In this document: piece after piece, positions 9,128-23,700 of the stretch
How positions within the stretch are numbered: the stretch's first letter is position 1
Layout of the letters: each line of letters begins with the position of its first letter
Source: a virus
DNA length: 64,000 nt
Virus record (IMG/VR): IMGVR_UViG_3300013794_000014
Coordinates: 77,060-141,059 of that record
Reading direction: 5' to 3' (one strand)
The notes under the pieces: model-generated
What the model saw: only the letters and a program-made list of their open reading frames with translations
The model's database searches: none
What the model was told of the DNA's origin: nothing
Made by a program: the position numbers and the translations under genes

Positions 9128-11789
9128 GGATCTTTATTTGACGTTTAGGCGTGAAGATGGTTCTGTCTACAACATTTTGTATCAAAACTTTAAACCATAT
9201 TTTTATGCAACTGATGATAATCTAGGGCCCATTGCCAAAAAGTCTGTACTTATGTATATTGAAGCAGATCATCCAGGAAAAGTACCAGAAATGAAAGAAC
9301 AATTTAAGTGTGCCTATGAAGCAAATGTTCCCTATGATATGCGTTTCTTAATTGATAAAGGAGATTTCCTCATTGAGCCGTCTATAAAATGGAACGTTAC
9401 ATGGATTGACATTGAAGCACGTATTGAAGGAAAGTCAATTGAGGAAATCAGAACAGGACAAACCGATATTACTGTAATAACAAAACTTGATTCTTTGTTT
9501 AATCGTCTAGTTTGTTTTACAACCGTTGAACACGATAAGGAACAACTTGAAAAATACTTGAAATATACTGTTAATCTTGCAATAGCTAAATCTATGATTA
9601 AAAAACTATCGAATGATACACATAAGGCGGTTAATGGATTATCATTAGAAGATGTTGATACACTTGAAAACGACAACGACATTATTGAGTTTGTCAAAAA
9701 TTACTGTGGAATAGATGATGACACTAAGGTGCAAAGTGCATTACAATCTGCCAAAGAACTATTGAAACCAATACTCAATTTACAGATTGATATAAGGGTG
9801 TATGATAACGAAAAAGAAATGTTACAAGCGTTTTCTGAAGACTTAATCAAATATCAACCAGACATATTGACAGGATGGAATGTACATTTTGACTATGGCG
9901 TCATTTATTATCGAATGAAACATTACAATATGCTTAGACGTCTATGTCCAGAGTTTCGAGGACAATATGATGGAAAAGTCTATAAACCGGCACCTAAAAT
10001 CAATGAGGTACAATTATCGGGCGGTAAAACGGTATATAGATACCATACCCCTGGATACTACGTAATTGACTATTTAGAAGTTTATCAGAAACGTAGATTC
10101 AAAGTTGAAAAGTCGTATACGTTGGACTACATAACAAGAGCATGGGATATTGAAATACCAAAGTTTAGACATGGTTACAGTAACCTAGATGAGTTGTTAG
10201 CAAATGATCCAACTTTATATGTCTACTACAATATAATTGACGTATTATCTTTGTACTTACTTGAACATAAAACCAATTATATGGATATTACAATAAGCGT
10301 CTGTAATTTCACTAAATGTCCAATGTCATATTGTACATCACAAAGAATGTTAGTTGATGCTGCATTAATTGGATGGCTAAATAAACGTGGTTTAGTACGA
10401 ATAACAAAGAAACAGAGACAAGATGTCAACTATGAAGGTGCTTATGTATATGCCGATACTGGATTTCATAAGGGTTGGATTGCTGATGCTGATTTCACAT
10501 CACTGTATCCATCCATTATTCGTACTTGTAACATATCACCAGAAACATATGTTGGAACACTTGAACAATTGAATATAGACAAACAACACGCCTTACAGAA
10601 ATACATAGTGTGTCCAAATGATGCATGTTTCAAGAAGAAATCACAACAACCAGGAATACTACCAACTATACTTGATGAATTGTTTACAAACAGAAAGAAA
10701 GCAAAGAAACAAGCAAAAGAATATTTGAACAAATACAAAGAAACAGGAGACATCAAGTATTATGAGTTATTCAAACAGTATGACAACTTACAGTTTACAT
10801 TGAAAATTCTATTGAATTCCTTCTATGGTGTATTTGGTGATGCTGGATATGACTTATGTACACCAGAAATAGCAGGAGCAATTACAGCTACAGGTAGATT
10901 CCTTATCAAATTTGCAAAACGTAAGTTGGAAGAAAAGGGTTTCAAGGTCATTTACATTGATACAGATTCCAACTATGTGATGTTAAGACCAGTACAAGGA
11001 CAAACTATTGAAGAACAAATTTGTGGACAAATCGAAGAACAGATTTGTAAATGCATTGAACAAATATTGGAAATCTATGAGTACATTAATAGTCAGTGGG
11101 ACGAACTAGTGAAAAAAGAACTAGGTGTTGATACTGAACATTATTTCGAAATGAAAAGTGAACTATTAGCAAAAAACATGATTGTCAGTAAGAAGAAACG
11201 TTATGCAATTGCTTTAGTACTATCTGAAGCACAATTAGACGTTCTTAAGGAACTTTATCCTGATAAAGACAAGATGATTGAGTATTTGAAGTCAATATCG
11301 TTAGAACCATCTATTGAGGTTAAAGGACTTGAAGTTGTTAGATCAGATGTTTCAGATATTGTAGTCGAAGAAATGCAAAAAATGCTTGAAGACTTATTAC
11401 TTGAAAGAAAAACCCCAAGTCAATTGAGAAGAGAAATCCAAGAACTATTTGTCAAAATAAGACGTTTAGCATCAAAAGATTTGAACAAAATTGCAATACC
11501 TGTAAGATTGAACTCATGGGTTGATAAGAACGGTAAACCAATAACAAACGCTAAAGCGTTAGCAATCAAAGAGTACAATGAAAAACATCCAGATAACCCA
11601 ATTATTCTAGGTGAAAAATGTCTTATGGTTTATACGAAAGATACAATAGGTGCTAAAGTCTGGAAAATAGGTGAAAAACCAACTGTTAAACCTTATGAGA
11701 TTGATTGGAAGAAAATGTTTAAGGCGTTACTGGAAAAGAAAGCAGAAGTTTGGTATGATTTACTTTCCATTTCTAAGAATCAAAACTAA
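9045..11789 (+). CDS. polB: family B DNA polymerase with 3'-5' exonuclease
   Basis: ExoI WIDIE, ExoII GWNVHFD, ExoIII YNIID, motif A DFTSLYPSII, motif B KILLNSFYG, motif C YIDTDS; GGAGGTG SD before ATG 9045. Confidence 0.97.
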   Translation: MKQIKQVKQTKQTKQMKQTVTAVFPKGKDLYLTFRREDGSVYNILYQNFKPYFYATDDNLGPIAKKSVLMYIEADHPGKVPEMKEQFKCAYEANVPYDMRFLIDKGDFLIEPSIKWNVTWIDIEARIEGKSIEEIRTGQTDITVITKLDSLFNRLVCFTTVEHDKEQLEKYLKYTVNLAIAKSMIKKLSNDTHKAVNGLSLEDVDTLENDNDIIEFVKNYCGIDDDTKVQSALQSAKELLKPILNLQIDIRVYDNEKEMLQAFSEDLIKYQPDILTGWNVHFDYGVIYYRMKHYNMLRRLCPEFRGQYDGKVYKPAPKINEVQLSGGKTVYRYHTPGYYVIDYLEVYQKRRFKVEKSYTLDYITRAWDIEIPKFRHGYSNLDELLANDPTLYVYYNIIDVLSLYLLEHKTNYMDITISVCNFTKCPMSYCTSQRMLVDAALIGWLNKRGLVRITKKQRQDVNYEGAYVYADTGFHKGWIADADFTSLYPSIIRTCNISPETYVGTLEQLNIDKQHALQKYIVCPNDACFKKKSQQPGILPTILDELFTNRKKAKKQAKEYLNKYKETGDIKYYELFKQYDNLQFTLKILLNSFYGVFGDAGYDLCTPEIAGAITATGRFLIKFAKRKLEEKGFKVIYIDTDSNYVMLRPVQGQTIEEQICGQIEEQICKCIEQILEIYEYINSQWDELVKKELGVDTEHYFEMKSELLAKNMIVSKKKRYAIALVLSEAQLDVLKELYPDKDKMIEYLKSISLEPSIEVKGLEVVRSDVSDIVVEEMQKMLEDLLLERKTPSQLRREIQELFVKIRRLASKDLNKIAIPVRLNSWVDKNGKPITNAKALAIKEYNEKHPDNPIILGEKCLMVYTKDTIGAKVWKIGEKPTVKPYEIDWKKMFKALLEKKAEVWYDLLSISKNQN

Positions 11790-11799
11790 AGTAAATTAA

Positions 11800-14700
11800 T
11801 TAAATCTGCCATATGTATGGTTGTACAGATGAAATCTGTGAAACTACGTTTGAAACAATTGAACTTACTGATGAAATAATATTCATCTGTTGAGTATTGA
11901 GCGCTGTCAAAGTAGTGGACGTGTGCATTGCCATCGTTTGTTTCAAATTATTCTCTAAACTTTGAAATCCCTGTGTAATTGAATTGGTTAATGCATTGAG
12001 ACTACTTTCAAGTTTTGTTGCCAACGTATTTATCGAATCTGATATTAACTGTCCTACAGCCTTAATAGCCTGTATCTGTTTATTCATTTGTCGTATAATA
12101 GATATCGTTGAATTTTGTATTTTCGTTACAATTGCACCCGCTGTTGAAGTGATTTCGTTTTTGATTTCAACCAATTTCTGTCCTAAGGTTGTTGTATTTT
12201 GACTTATAGCATTAGTTATCTGTACTGTATTTTCACTTAGTTTTGTAATTACTGATTCGGATTTTTGCCTTAATACATTGTATATTTGTGATAACAACTG
12301 AGTGGTTGGCTGTTTCTTCTGCTCATATTTCTGTTTATCTTGTTGTTGAGTTTGTTGTACATTATCTTGTGTTGTAGTTTGTGACTTGTCCTTATTCTGT
12401 AATTCTGTTTTAATTACATTTATGTCTACTACCATTTTCTTATATTCCTCTAAGTAGTTAGTTTCTATTTCCTCTAGTTTTGTAATTAGTTTATCTTCAG
12501 TTTCAGATTGTTGTACTAATCCAGATAACAAGTTTGCAAGAAGCTCAATTAATACACCACCACCACCAAAAATCGGTTGTGATATAATTGATGATGATTC
12601 TTCTTCAGTTTCTGTCACATTCGTTGGTATACTTTGTTCCGATGTACTTTGTTCTATTGCCTGTATATCCTTATAATACCGATAAGTGTCCCAACCAAGT
12701 AATGCTGCATCAATTGCAACTGAAGCTGCAGTACCAACAACCGGTACATTAGCAACAATTCCAGAGGCTAGTTCACCAAGTGCACCTATCCAATCTCCTT
12801 CTTGCCATCTCTGATATGCAAAAATACCACTCGTTACTGTACTAACAATTGGTATTTTCTTGAGTATACTCTTACCAGCAGCTTTTGCCGCTTGTTTTGC
12901 AGCCTGTTTTGTTGTAACGTGTGAATAAATACTTGTTCCAAGTGAAATTATATCTGATATTATATTGCCCTGGTGATATTCGTGTAGTTCCTGTACATCT
13001 TGCGGTGTTACAGCTACAGTTTCGTCTGTTGGAGATGATGGTTGTGACGTTGGATCAAATTCTAATCCTAATGATGGTGCCACAGGAATAAGTACTGGTG
13101 CTACTATCTTACCATAACGTGTCTTAAGTAATGTTCTAAACCACCTGTTATCTGTAAGTGATCCTGCTGCTTTTGTAATAGATTCTGGTACCTGAATTTT
13201 AGGAAGTCGTATGTCTTCAAGGAAACTTTTCACCTTCCCTATAATTCCTTTACCTTTACCTTTCTTCTTACCGCCACCTTTACCCTTACCTTTTCCTTCA
13301 TCGTCATCATCCTCATCGCCCCAACCAAAGATTTTACCTAATGCCCACTCAGCTGTTGGTTCAAGGGCCGCATAAAGCCCGTAGAGTATTCCAGATTGCC
13401 AATCACCCGATGCAAACGAATACAACGATGTAGCTGCTGCTCCAAGAGCTGATAATTTAGCACTTGTTGAAAAGAACTTTTTAAGTGCTTTTTTAATACT
13501 ACCTGTTTTCTTATATTCGGTATATGCAGCTTTACCACCACCAATTGTAGAAACAATACCAGTAGCCTGAGCTACCCTATTTATATTCTGTGAAGTTTCC
13601 ATTTTACGTTTATTTTCTTTTATACGATTAACTATTTCTTCTGTGTTATCTACATTCCATTCATCTTGCCAATGTTCCACGTATGATTCAAATGTTTGTG
13701 TATCAACCACTCTAATGTTACCACTTTCATCAGCATATACAATTATGTTCTCTTTCTTGTAAGCTGGTTCTCCCCATGGTGTTACAATTTTTTCTGCACC
13801 TGCTGTTACATTAGCTAAAAACGTATATGGATCAGCACCAATTTGTTCAGCATATGTGTAAATGTCCATCCCTAAATCGCTTGGTAACAAGTAATCGTAT
13901 TTAACCTTAGGTGTTTCAGCAAATGGTGATACAGCTGTACCTGCTATTGCACCAACAATTGCATTGACTATTGCAGACTTAATACCCTTTCCGATACCAT
14001 ATTGGAACCCTATTGCTGCAGCATTAATTGTCGGCCCTAAATTAATACCTGTATCTTCATAAACTTCCTTAATCCACTGGTCAAGTGAATGTTGAATCTT
14101 ATCGCCAAACAACGAGTTGAGTATTAGTTGTATTAGATTACCTTGCGGTGTGTAACCCAATGTTGATTCTACAGCATGTCCATATAAACCTAAGCGTGTA
14201 TATTCGTTAAACCTGACAAAGTCACTTAAACTTAAAGTAGCCTGTCCATATTTGAATAGATATCTAAATGGTGCTGAATCGGCAATTTTTCCTAATTGTG
14301 GTATATACTTACTTAGATCGTTTAATACTGTTCCAAAGGCCGTTGGAACCGTTACCATGTAGTCTAATGTATTTAAGGATTGTTCCCAACCAAACTTTGG
14401 CATGTTATATCCGAATATTGGTTGCTCAGGAAGTGGCCTCCAACCAATTGTATGTCCTAATATCTCGTTGATAGTAACCATCCATGCAGTTCCTCTATAC
14501 ATATGTGGAGCATACTTACGTAATATCGGGAATTTCTCATAAAATGACTCTTCTAACATGTTTTCGTATGCAACTATTCTTACAAATGTTCTACCGGGAT
14601 AAAATGGTTTATTCATAGATGCATCAACTTGTTTCCGATATCGTTCTATGAGTTCATTGTTATCAGTAGTGAGCGGTAAACCAAATCTTTCAACTCCAAC

Positions 14701-17700
14701 TGTATCTGAGGTACCAAACATTGTACGCATTTCATATTCAATAGGTAAATACCAATGTTTACTAAATACAGAGGTATCAACAGGTGTTTCTCGTGCAATT
14801 TTGTTGTATTTCTCTAATGTTGATTCAATATCATGTACAATTTGTGTTTTCACCTGTACATCTGGGCCTTCTACTTTAATCTGTTTAACAATTTCTTGTA
14901 ACTTCTGTAGTTCGATAACGGCATCATGAATACTCATTTTACCTTCTTCAACTGCAATTTTAATTTCATCTAACGCTAAAACAACCTTATCTAAGTCATT
15001 TAGGTTCGTTGTCGTTGTTCTATCTGTTCCTAATTCTGATTCAGGTACAAATCTGTTTTCTATGGATGTACCATCTATGAACCTACTTTCAGTACCAATT
15101 TCAGGAATACCAAATGCGTGATACTTGAAAACATCAATTATTGTACGTATTTTAGTAAATATAGATGTCTTAGCTGGTTCATTGTCAACTAACGTGGATT
15201 TAATACCTTGATCTGGCCTTTCTTCAATAGTACTAATGTCTACACTTTGAAGTTCAGGCCCACCCTGTGTCGTTGATTTTTCTGGTGTAGTTACTTCTGG
15301 GAAATACTTTCTAACGATACTGTCGTTTGTTGGCACTGTCTGTGGTCCCCAGAAGCTAAGTAAGTCAACAATAGATGTAAGTAACAGTAAGTTTGGTAGG
15401 TATTGTAAAACGGATGACGTAATTGCTGATACATTGTCTACAAGATTAATGAAATGTTGTTTTGTATCAACTTGCAGATCAACTGTCACTACTGATGCTG
15501 ATTCTGATTCTTGTGTTAACATATTTTGTGGTTGTGGTTGTATTGGTGTTGATGTCGACGTATTTTGCATCTGCTGTAACTGTGATTGTAACTGTGGTAT
15601 GAGATTTGTCAATAATCCAACGAAGGCAGAAATACCAATGATTGCACCAGTAAATGCAACTGCATGTATAGGTGAAATTACACCTCTTTTTGATCTAATA
15701 TAATCTTCAAATGCATCTCTATGAATACTCTTATAGTATTCATGTACAAATGACGGTTTTTGATGTATATACCGTTTTTCTAATTGTTGTAAATAGTTAA
15801 ACATATGTGCTAAATTCTCATCATTATGTTGTTTTCTAAATGTACGCTTTGTAATCCTATCGTAGTAACTAGTAGGGAATGCTTTATGATTAGAGTGTGT
15901 TGGTATCTCAGGTAATGTACGTACTCTTCTCCTCTTTTTACTCGTTTTATTTAACTCTATATTTCCGTTTTTAATATGGACTGTCGTTCCAGTAAGGTTA
16001 CTTAATGCTATGATTGCGCTCTGAACTGCTTTTGTAAACCTTTGCAAACTAATACGTGAACGTGATGTCGTCTTAGTATGCAACGTAACGGCCCATACTG
16101 CCTGCATAATACCCGTTACTAATGATCCTAACGTGATTCCTAGTGCTGTGAGCAAATTCATTATACTGAATATCCCTTCGAACATTTGTAATCCTGCTCC
16201 AAATGCTGCACCTCTTGCAGTATCTATTACCATACTAGTAGCTGATTCAACTGCTTCTTTACCTAAAGGAGTTTGTAGTACTTGTTCTCCTAATTTTGTT
16301 AAATGCTGTGTACGTTCGTCTTCTGTAATTTCAAATGAAGCTTGTAATGCGTTTATCATCATCTCTGTTTGTTTAACAATTTCATTGATACGGTATGTAT
16401 ATGATGTACCCATTATATGTGCAACCGTAACAGAATCTGGTAATTCTTGCAAGTTCTTTACCAATAATGTCGGTTCCTCTTTTTCTTTGATCATTGCCTG
16501 TATTGTCTTACTTAACGCTCCAAAGTCAATTTTCAGTCCAAGTACCTTAGTAACAGATAGCAGTAAACTATAAATTGCTGATAATATATCTGCAATTAAT
16601 CCTAACTTTCCAATAATTCTATCAGCCGCTGATGCAACTAATGGTGATTCATATCCATATTTGATATCAACTAACGTTCTTAAGTAAGCTGATGCAGTAG
16701 ACCACGCTAAATATCCTGCCCATTTTTGTTTTGCCGTCTCGTCTTCACCTGGAGCTGCTGCTACAATTTTATTGAATGCTGTTTGTGCTGTCTGTAACGT
16801 TTGTTGTGTAGGTTGTGGTACTGACGTTAGGCGTCCCACTAGCGTTTGTTCTTGCTTTCCAGTTAGTACATCGACAAATTCACTTGGACTTTGATAATAC
16901 GTCGCAACCTCCATTAATGCTGCAAATTCCTTCAATGAAAGACTTGATACAGCTTTTAAGTAACTCATACCTCCTACTGGATGTAATACGTGGTAACTTG
17001 GCATTGAAGCTAATCGTACACCAATTGCTCTAGCATATGCATAAGCGTTTGTTGGTACTTCACCGAAAATCTGATCAAGTTTCTTTTCTACTGCTTGTTC
17101 TGTTCTTCCACCCATATCACGAACACTTTGAATTGACCACATTGACCACATCATACCTAAAGCAGACATTAGAGAGCCTACCAATGTATGAGCAAGCATT
17201 TGAACGCCACTATGTATATGTTTCAAAAACTCCGTTGCGAACGTTGCAGTAGCATATATGTCGGCCCATTTCTCAGAAACGCCTGCATCAAGTAATTGTT
17301 GCCTTGTTTGTTTTTTAATAACCTGTAATTTATGAACAACATCTGCACCAGGACGCTGTGCCAGCTGAGATCCAATTTGTGCACGTGCTTCCTGTACAAG
17401 TTCATTTACACGCTCAGACATCACTTCTGCTTGTTTATTTATCTGTTCACTCGTTTTACTAAACTGTTTTTGTGCTTCTTGTAAACGTCTAGTTAATTCT
17501 GGTATCTCATCCTTCATATTACTAATAGTCTTATTCAATGCATTAAAGTCTGCTATAATCTCACTTAAAGCATCACCTACTGAGGTTATTCTTGGTTCAT
17601 TGAAGAATGGTAAATTTTGTTTAAGCGTTTCTGCAATCTCTTCTTTTGGTATTCCTAAATGCTTATGTAGTAGGTCAATGACGTCATAAATCGCCATACC

Positions 17701-20700
17701 TTCTGATATTTTTTCAACGTCAAATGGTACACCTACGTCTTCTGAAATTTTACTTACAACTTTACGTACTCGATCTACTTGTTGCCCTGTAATAACCCAG
17801 TTTCGTGATTCATAGACAAGTGCTTTTCGATAAATCTCATCAGCAACAGATCGTCCAAATGCTTTTTGTAACGCCTCTTTAATCGTTAAGTTTTTTCTTG
17901 TGCCATACCGTTCTTGTAGCTCCGAAATTATATCTTGCGCATATGAACCTGCTGTCTTTAACTTAAGTCTTGTCTTAATAACGTCTTGAATTTCTGCTTT
18001 TTGCATATGTTCACGTATTACGTTGTAAAATGCAGGACCCAACGCTTCATGTAAGAATAATGCACGAGTTAAAACCCTTTCTTGCTGTGACAATCTTGGT
18101 ACTGCTAAATTTTTAGTGCCAGGAATCTCTTTCAAATCTTCTGGGTATAACATTGCAAACAAAGATAATAGTGAGTTACCGGTATTTTGTTGTTGTAGAT
18201 ATTCTAAATAACGTGGTATATTTGTCTGTCGTATTGTGTCTTGAAGCATTCCTAAGACTAAGTTGGTTGAAACGTGTCTCATACGTTGATTTAACCCTTC
18301 TATAATTGCTGCATGGAATGGTGCTAATTCTGGCCCAAACTGAATAAACGCATCAAGTGTTCTTGATTTCATAATTAAGTTCATTCTGTATAATTGGTTC
18401 AATAAATCCATTGTTGTCTGTACTTGCTGTAACTGTTCAATTGCTGCTTTAGTAAAGTCAAATGAACTTAAGGCACCAGTTGTAATAGTAATAGTACGAT
18501 GTTGCATCAACGGCACTGTTAATTCAACACCTTGTAATGCATGTGCTAAATGTACACTTTTATTTGCCAAATTACCTAAATCTTTTGCAACATCATGTAT
18601 ACTTCTACTTGAACGGCTTGCAATTTCACCTAGTCCTTGAATTACATCAGATAGAACAACTATATTGTCTGCAGCAATTCCAACTGCAAGTCTCAATGAT
18701 TCCCTGACATTTTCGTTTGTAATGAACTCGAACGCTTTTCGTATATCTTTATCTTTTATATGCGGTATTAACTGTTCGAGGTGTGTAATATTCTTTACGT
18801 CTTCAATACCAAATTGTCTAGCTAAATGTGAAATTAAAATACCTTCTGCAATAGTTTTCTGATTTGCAGGTAAGTTTTCGAGTACTCCAATTATAGCGGC
18901 ATAAGTTGTTAAGTTTTCAAGGAAACCACCTTTACCTTCTTCTTTGATTCTTTGTAATGTGCCGTGGAAGACAGAAGCCACATCTTTTGTTTCACGAATC
19001 TTTTCAATCACTGAGGAATATATGTTGGTAGCCAACTCTATATTCATTGCTCCTTCTCTTGCATAACTGTTAATCCGTTCAAAATGATCCTGCATGCTCT
19101 GTAATGCTGTAACGGTTCTAATTAACCTTTCATATGTTGTAACATGTGGTGCAGTAACCAACCTAAATCCTGAATACCAATCACCAGACATTGCAGCTGT
19201 TACATTACGTACAAGATCCTTGAATTTTTCAGAATATTCATGCTGCAAATACTGGCCTTTTGCAATTTGCTTTATAATAGTATCCATATCAACTGCAAAG
19301 TGCTCAGATAAACCTTCTACAACCTCTGAGAATTCTTTTGTAACGACAATTGCTTGTTTTAAAGCCCTTCTGAAGTCTTCAACACTTTGTATCAATGGCC
19401 TATTTCCAACCCAAGCTTTCATTGCAGCTTCCATTATACTACCAACTACTATTGCTTCACCTGGTTTTATTCCTGACGTTGAAGTTGCAAACTCAGAGGC
19501 ATGTGCTAATAAAGTACCAGTTAAATGTTCAATAAGTGCCTTATGCTGTTTAGGTAATGATGATACATAAGTGATAGGCCCAATTGTATTCGGTGTCAAT
19601 ATACGTTCAACTATTTCAGCAATAGCAGTGGCTGTTACTCCGGCCGCAATACCTGCAAACGGATTTGCTGTCAGTAATCCTGTTGCTGCACCGATTGACA
19701 TACCCAACAACGCTTTTAACAAGAATCCACCCTTTTTTGAACCTCCGACTTCTACACCTAACGCTGCATAATGTTCAAATTTATCACCGCGAATTTCTTG
19801 CAATATCTTGTCTAATTGATTCATATCACCTGCGGTTATTTCCTTAATCTGTGAAATATCGTAAATTTCTGTAGCTTTTATTCCAGTTCCATGATAATGT
19901 TCTATTGCATAGAGGAACTTATTACCATGTTCCTGTTTAAGTGCAGTAAGATTCAATAACTGTCCAGCATATTTTGCCTTATACGTATGTCCTAAAATAA
20001 TTATGTCGCCTTCATCGCCTTTATCGCCTTTTTTGCCACTCATTCGTAACTCAACGAATGGAGCCAACTGTATTTGTTCATCAGTTTTTTCTTTTAGATC
20101 TCTAGCAAGGTCCCCCCAATCCTTTTTTATGTCCTCAATACTATGTTGCATTGAAAGTAGTTCGTGGTTTCCGAGTACTAAATAGATGCGCGCATCACCA
20201 ATACGTTTTTTGACATTTTCCCATTCTGATGCAAGTCGTTCTACAAAACTCATTGCACGTTCAGCGTCGTCGGCCCAATCACCAGCCAATATGACGGTTT
20301 TACCAAGTTGCGATAATCTTTCAAGTTGCTGTACAAATTCTTCAAACGATTTTGCATGTAAATCGCCTTGAACAACAATTCTACGTGCTCTTAATTGTTG
20401 TAGTCTAATTTGTGATTCAGCTGAACGGATCATATTTGATATCAATTTAGATGATACTATTGTGTCAATTTGTTCTGGTGTTAAATCTGATTTCTTCAAA
20501 TACGTTTCTAATTGCTGTGAAACATATGTTTGTGGTGATAATCGTCCAGTTTCTCTAGCTTGTTTATAGTATTCCATAATACGTTCAGGTATCCGCAATT
20601 GAGAAACACGTTCTATTAAACCTATGTTTGTAAATCCTATTTCTAAGTTGCTTGGTAACGGTATTTGTTGTCCTGGTCCTAAGGAAATGTAATAATGTCC

Positions 20701-23700
20701 TGCGCCCTTTTCAGTTTTACTTTCTGTTATCAAATTACGTAAAACTTCCCACATGTATACTTGTGCTAATCTGAGATTATCTAAGAACTCCTCTCTGTTT
20801 AATTGCATACCAGAACGCATTTTATTTAATAACTCTAGTACATTAGATGTTGACGTACCAAAGACATGTGAATAAACTACATTTTCGATTATGCTTTCGA
20901 CTTCAGTAAATTTAGCCGGCCCAATACTTTCTACAAGCGTTGATTTTTCAACTTCTCGTAATCTTTGACGAACTTTATCAGTCAACTTGTTTACAACTGT
21001 ATCTAGATCTGTTAACTTTTCTTTTAACTTTTCTTTTTCTTTTTCTGTAACCCCAAGTTTAGTAACAGCTCTATTACCAAGTATATCCGTTATTTTGTAG
21101 TAGCGTATTAACGGACTTTCTTCTGTAGACAAATATGTTGCTAACCTCAGTTCTAATGGTGTCATTATTTTTGTTACAATACGGTCAATTGGTTCAATGA
21201 ACAATTGTGAACTTACAACTGCACCTTTCGCTAGTAATTCTGTAGGAGCTGTTGCTATCGCTGTTGCCTCACCAATGAACTGTGATATTTGTTTTCTGAT
21301 TGATTCTGGGACTTTATACATGTCAACTTGTGCTTCTGAAAGCAATTTAGCTGCTTGCTGGAAATTACCCTCAACCAAATGTTCAAATGCTTTATTTAAC
21401 TTGTCAATTAGTAGTTTCGTGTTAACATCAACTGGACTTGATACAAGTGTGCGCTCAAATTCGTTAAACCTCACTTTCAAATGTTCTGCATACATGCGGT
21501 AAAGGTTGGTACTAGAAATGATCTGGTGTATAATCTCATTAGCCTGTCGTGCAAACTCTATGATCTGCTGTCCACCATCCTTTGTAACTAAGAATAACTC
21601 ATAGAAACCTTTACTGTACACTTCGTCTAGAAACTTAGTGATATAATGCCATTGTTGTCTATAATTTCTAATAAGATTTGTATCAGGTAGTTTCATGTAA
21701 CCAATTAAGTCTTTAATGTGTTGTTCAGATTCAGGTATTTCACTTAAATACTGAGTAATTTGTTGGTATAACTTGCTAATCTTTTCTGCAATGTTTTCGG
21801 GAACGTCGATCAGTAAGTCTTCTTGTCCCAATGCTTGTCTAATAATCCTGTTTACATATTCGTTTGCAGAATACTTACCCATGTCCAAATATCTTGCTAA
21901 GAATAGTGGTGCTGCTGATCTTAAGTTTTGTAAATATGCAGTACGCTTTTCACTAGTAACATTCTGTAATGCTTCATGTACTTTGACTATATGCTGTAGG
22001 TGTCCTTGTCTAATTCCAACGAGTTCAACAAGCTGGCGTACACCTTCATCAAGTTGTACAGTTTCTCCTCGGATTTGTCGTATTTTCTCAATGATTCCTA
22101 CCCTACTCATAAGAATTTCACGTAGTAAGTTCCAGTTAAATTTACCTGGTTCTGTAGCAAACAACTGTGGAGTTCTTGTTATTCTGATTAAATTCTGTAA
22201 GTAAGGCAAAAATGTGTTTATATCTTCTGGCCCAATTTCAGTTTCTTGTAACGACTCATATGTCCTAGTCCATATTTCACGTATATCCGATAAATTCATT
22301 ACATCTTTGACTAAACTTAAGTGTTCCAACGACTTATAGTATTTGAGTCCGAAATTAACAAGATCAATTAGTATATCTAAATCCTGGTCTGAAAATTCAA
22401 TGGAAAGTTTCTGTGCAATTTCTTGTAGATCCTGTAATTCTTGTGTATACTTTTTAAACATCTCCTGGAGTTTTTCACTCTTTTTAATTAAGTCACGGTA
22501 TTCTTCCTTTCGTAACTCAGTGGCTGGAATTCTTGTAACTGTCTGTGATAACACTTTGAACAAAAATTCTTGTCTATCTAGAAGATCTTGTTCGGTTGCA
22601 AATGGCCCTAGTGCTCTAGCCATTTCTTGTAGTACAGGTTCGAAAAACGGTAAAATTTGTTCACGTATCTTTTGATCCTTTCTAGCCAACTTCAAGCGAT
22701 TAATAGCATATAGCACAATATCCTTGAGATATGGTTCTCTCGTAGGTTCTGTTTTAGGAACTTCAGAGTCAACTATATCTTTTATATCTTTTGCAATGCC
22801 TTCTGGCTCTTTCCTTCCATACTGTTCTTTCAAATACTCAACATATTTGTCAAATGCAGCATAGAATTTTTGTATAAACTGTTCTGCTTGCTGTGGCGTT
22901 ACACTGTACAACTGTGAAATTGACTGTACTACCTGATCAATCATTGCTTTAGTTGGGCCAACTTTTGTTGATAAAAGCTTAACACTACGTGCTGCAGCTA
23001 TTTCAGATTCTATTTGATCAATAGTCTCTTTTATCAACGGATTAATTTCTTGTAACTCTTTTATTCGTTTTACAATTCTTCCATCGTACATAGCTAATGC
23101 CTGTGGGCTAAATTGTTCTAATTTCTCAAAGACATCTCTATACCGTTTTGGAAGTTTTTCAAAGAATTCAGGTCCTAGTAACGTCCGTAACTGTTCATAT
23201 GTAGATTTAGCACTTATTGCAAATGCAAGTTCCATTAATTTACGATCAGGAGCAATTTCTAATGCCATACGTCCATAGTATCTACGATCAAGATAAGGTG
23301 AAAGTGGTGTACCTAATACTGGTAGTTCTCGCTCCCATGCACTTATATCTTTCATGTATTTTGTCAATAAGTATTTATCCAAATAATGTGGAAACATACG
23401 TTTTGCATATTCTTTTGGTATCTCTATTCCTTCTGGTGCTCCTTCGCGTGTAAGTTGAGTCAAGAAACCTAATGTCATGAACTCTCCCAACATACGGATT
23501 TTCTGTTGTTCCGGTTTTGTTTTTGGTTTATATCCCATTAACATCGCTACTTCTTCTGCCGTTAATGCTTGTGCTTCGAAACCCATTTCTGACAATTTTG
23601 ATACAATGACATCTAAAAGCTGTTTCACTGTTTTTGGTTTAGAACTTTCCATTACTGCTTGAGTAACTTCTTGACTAATAAGGTACCATACATCAGGTCT

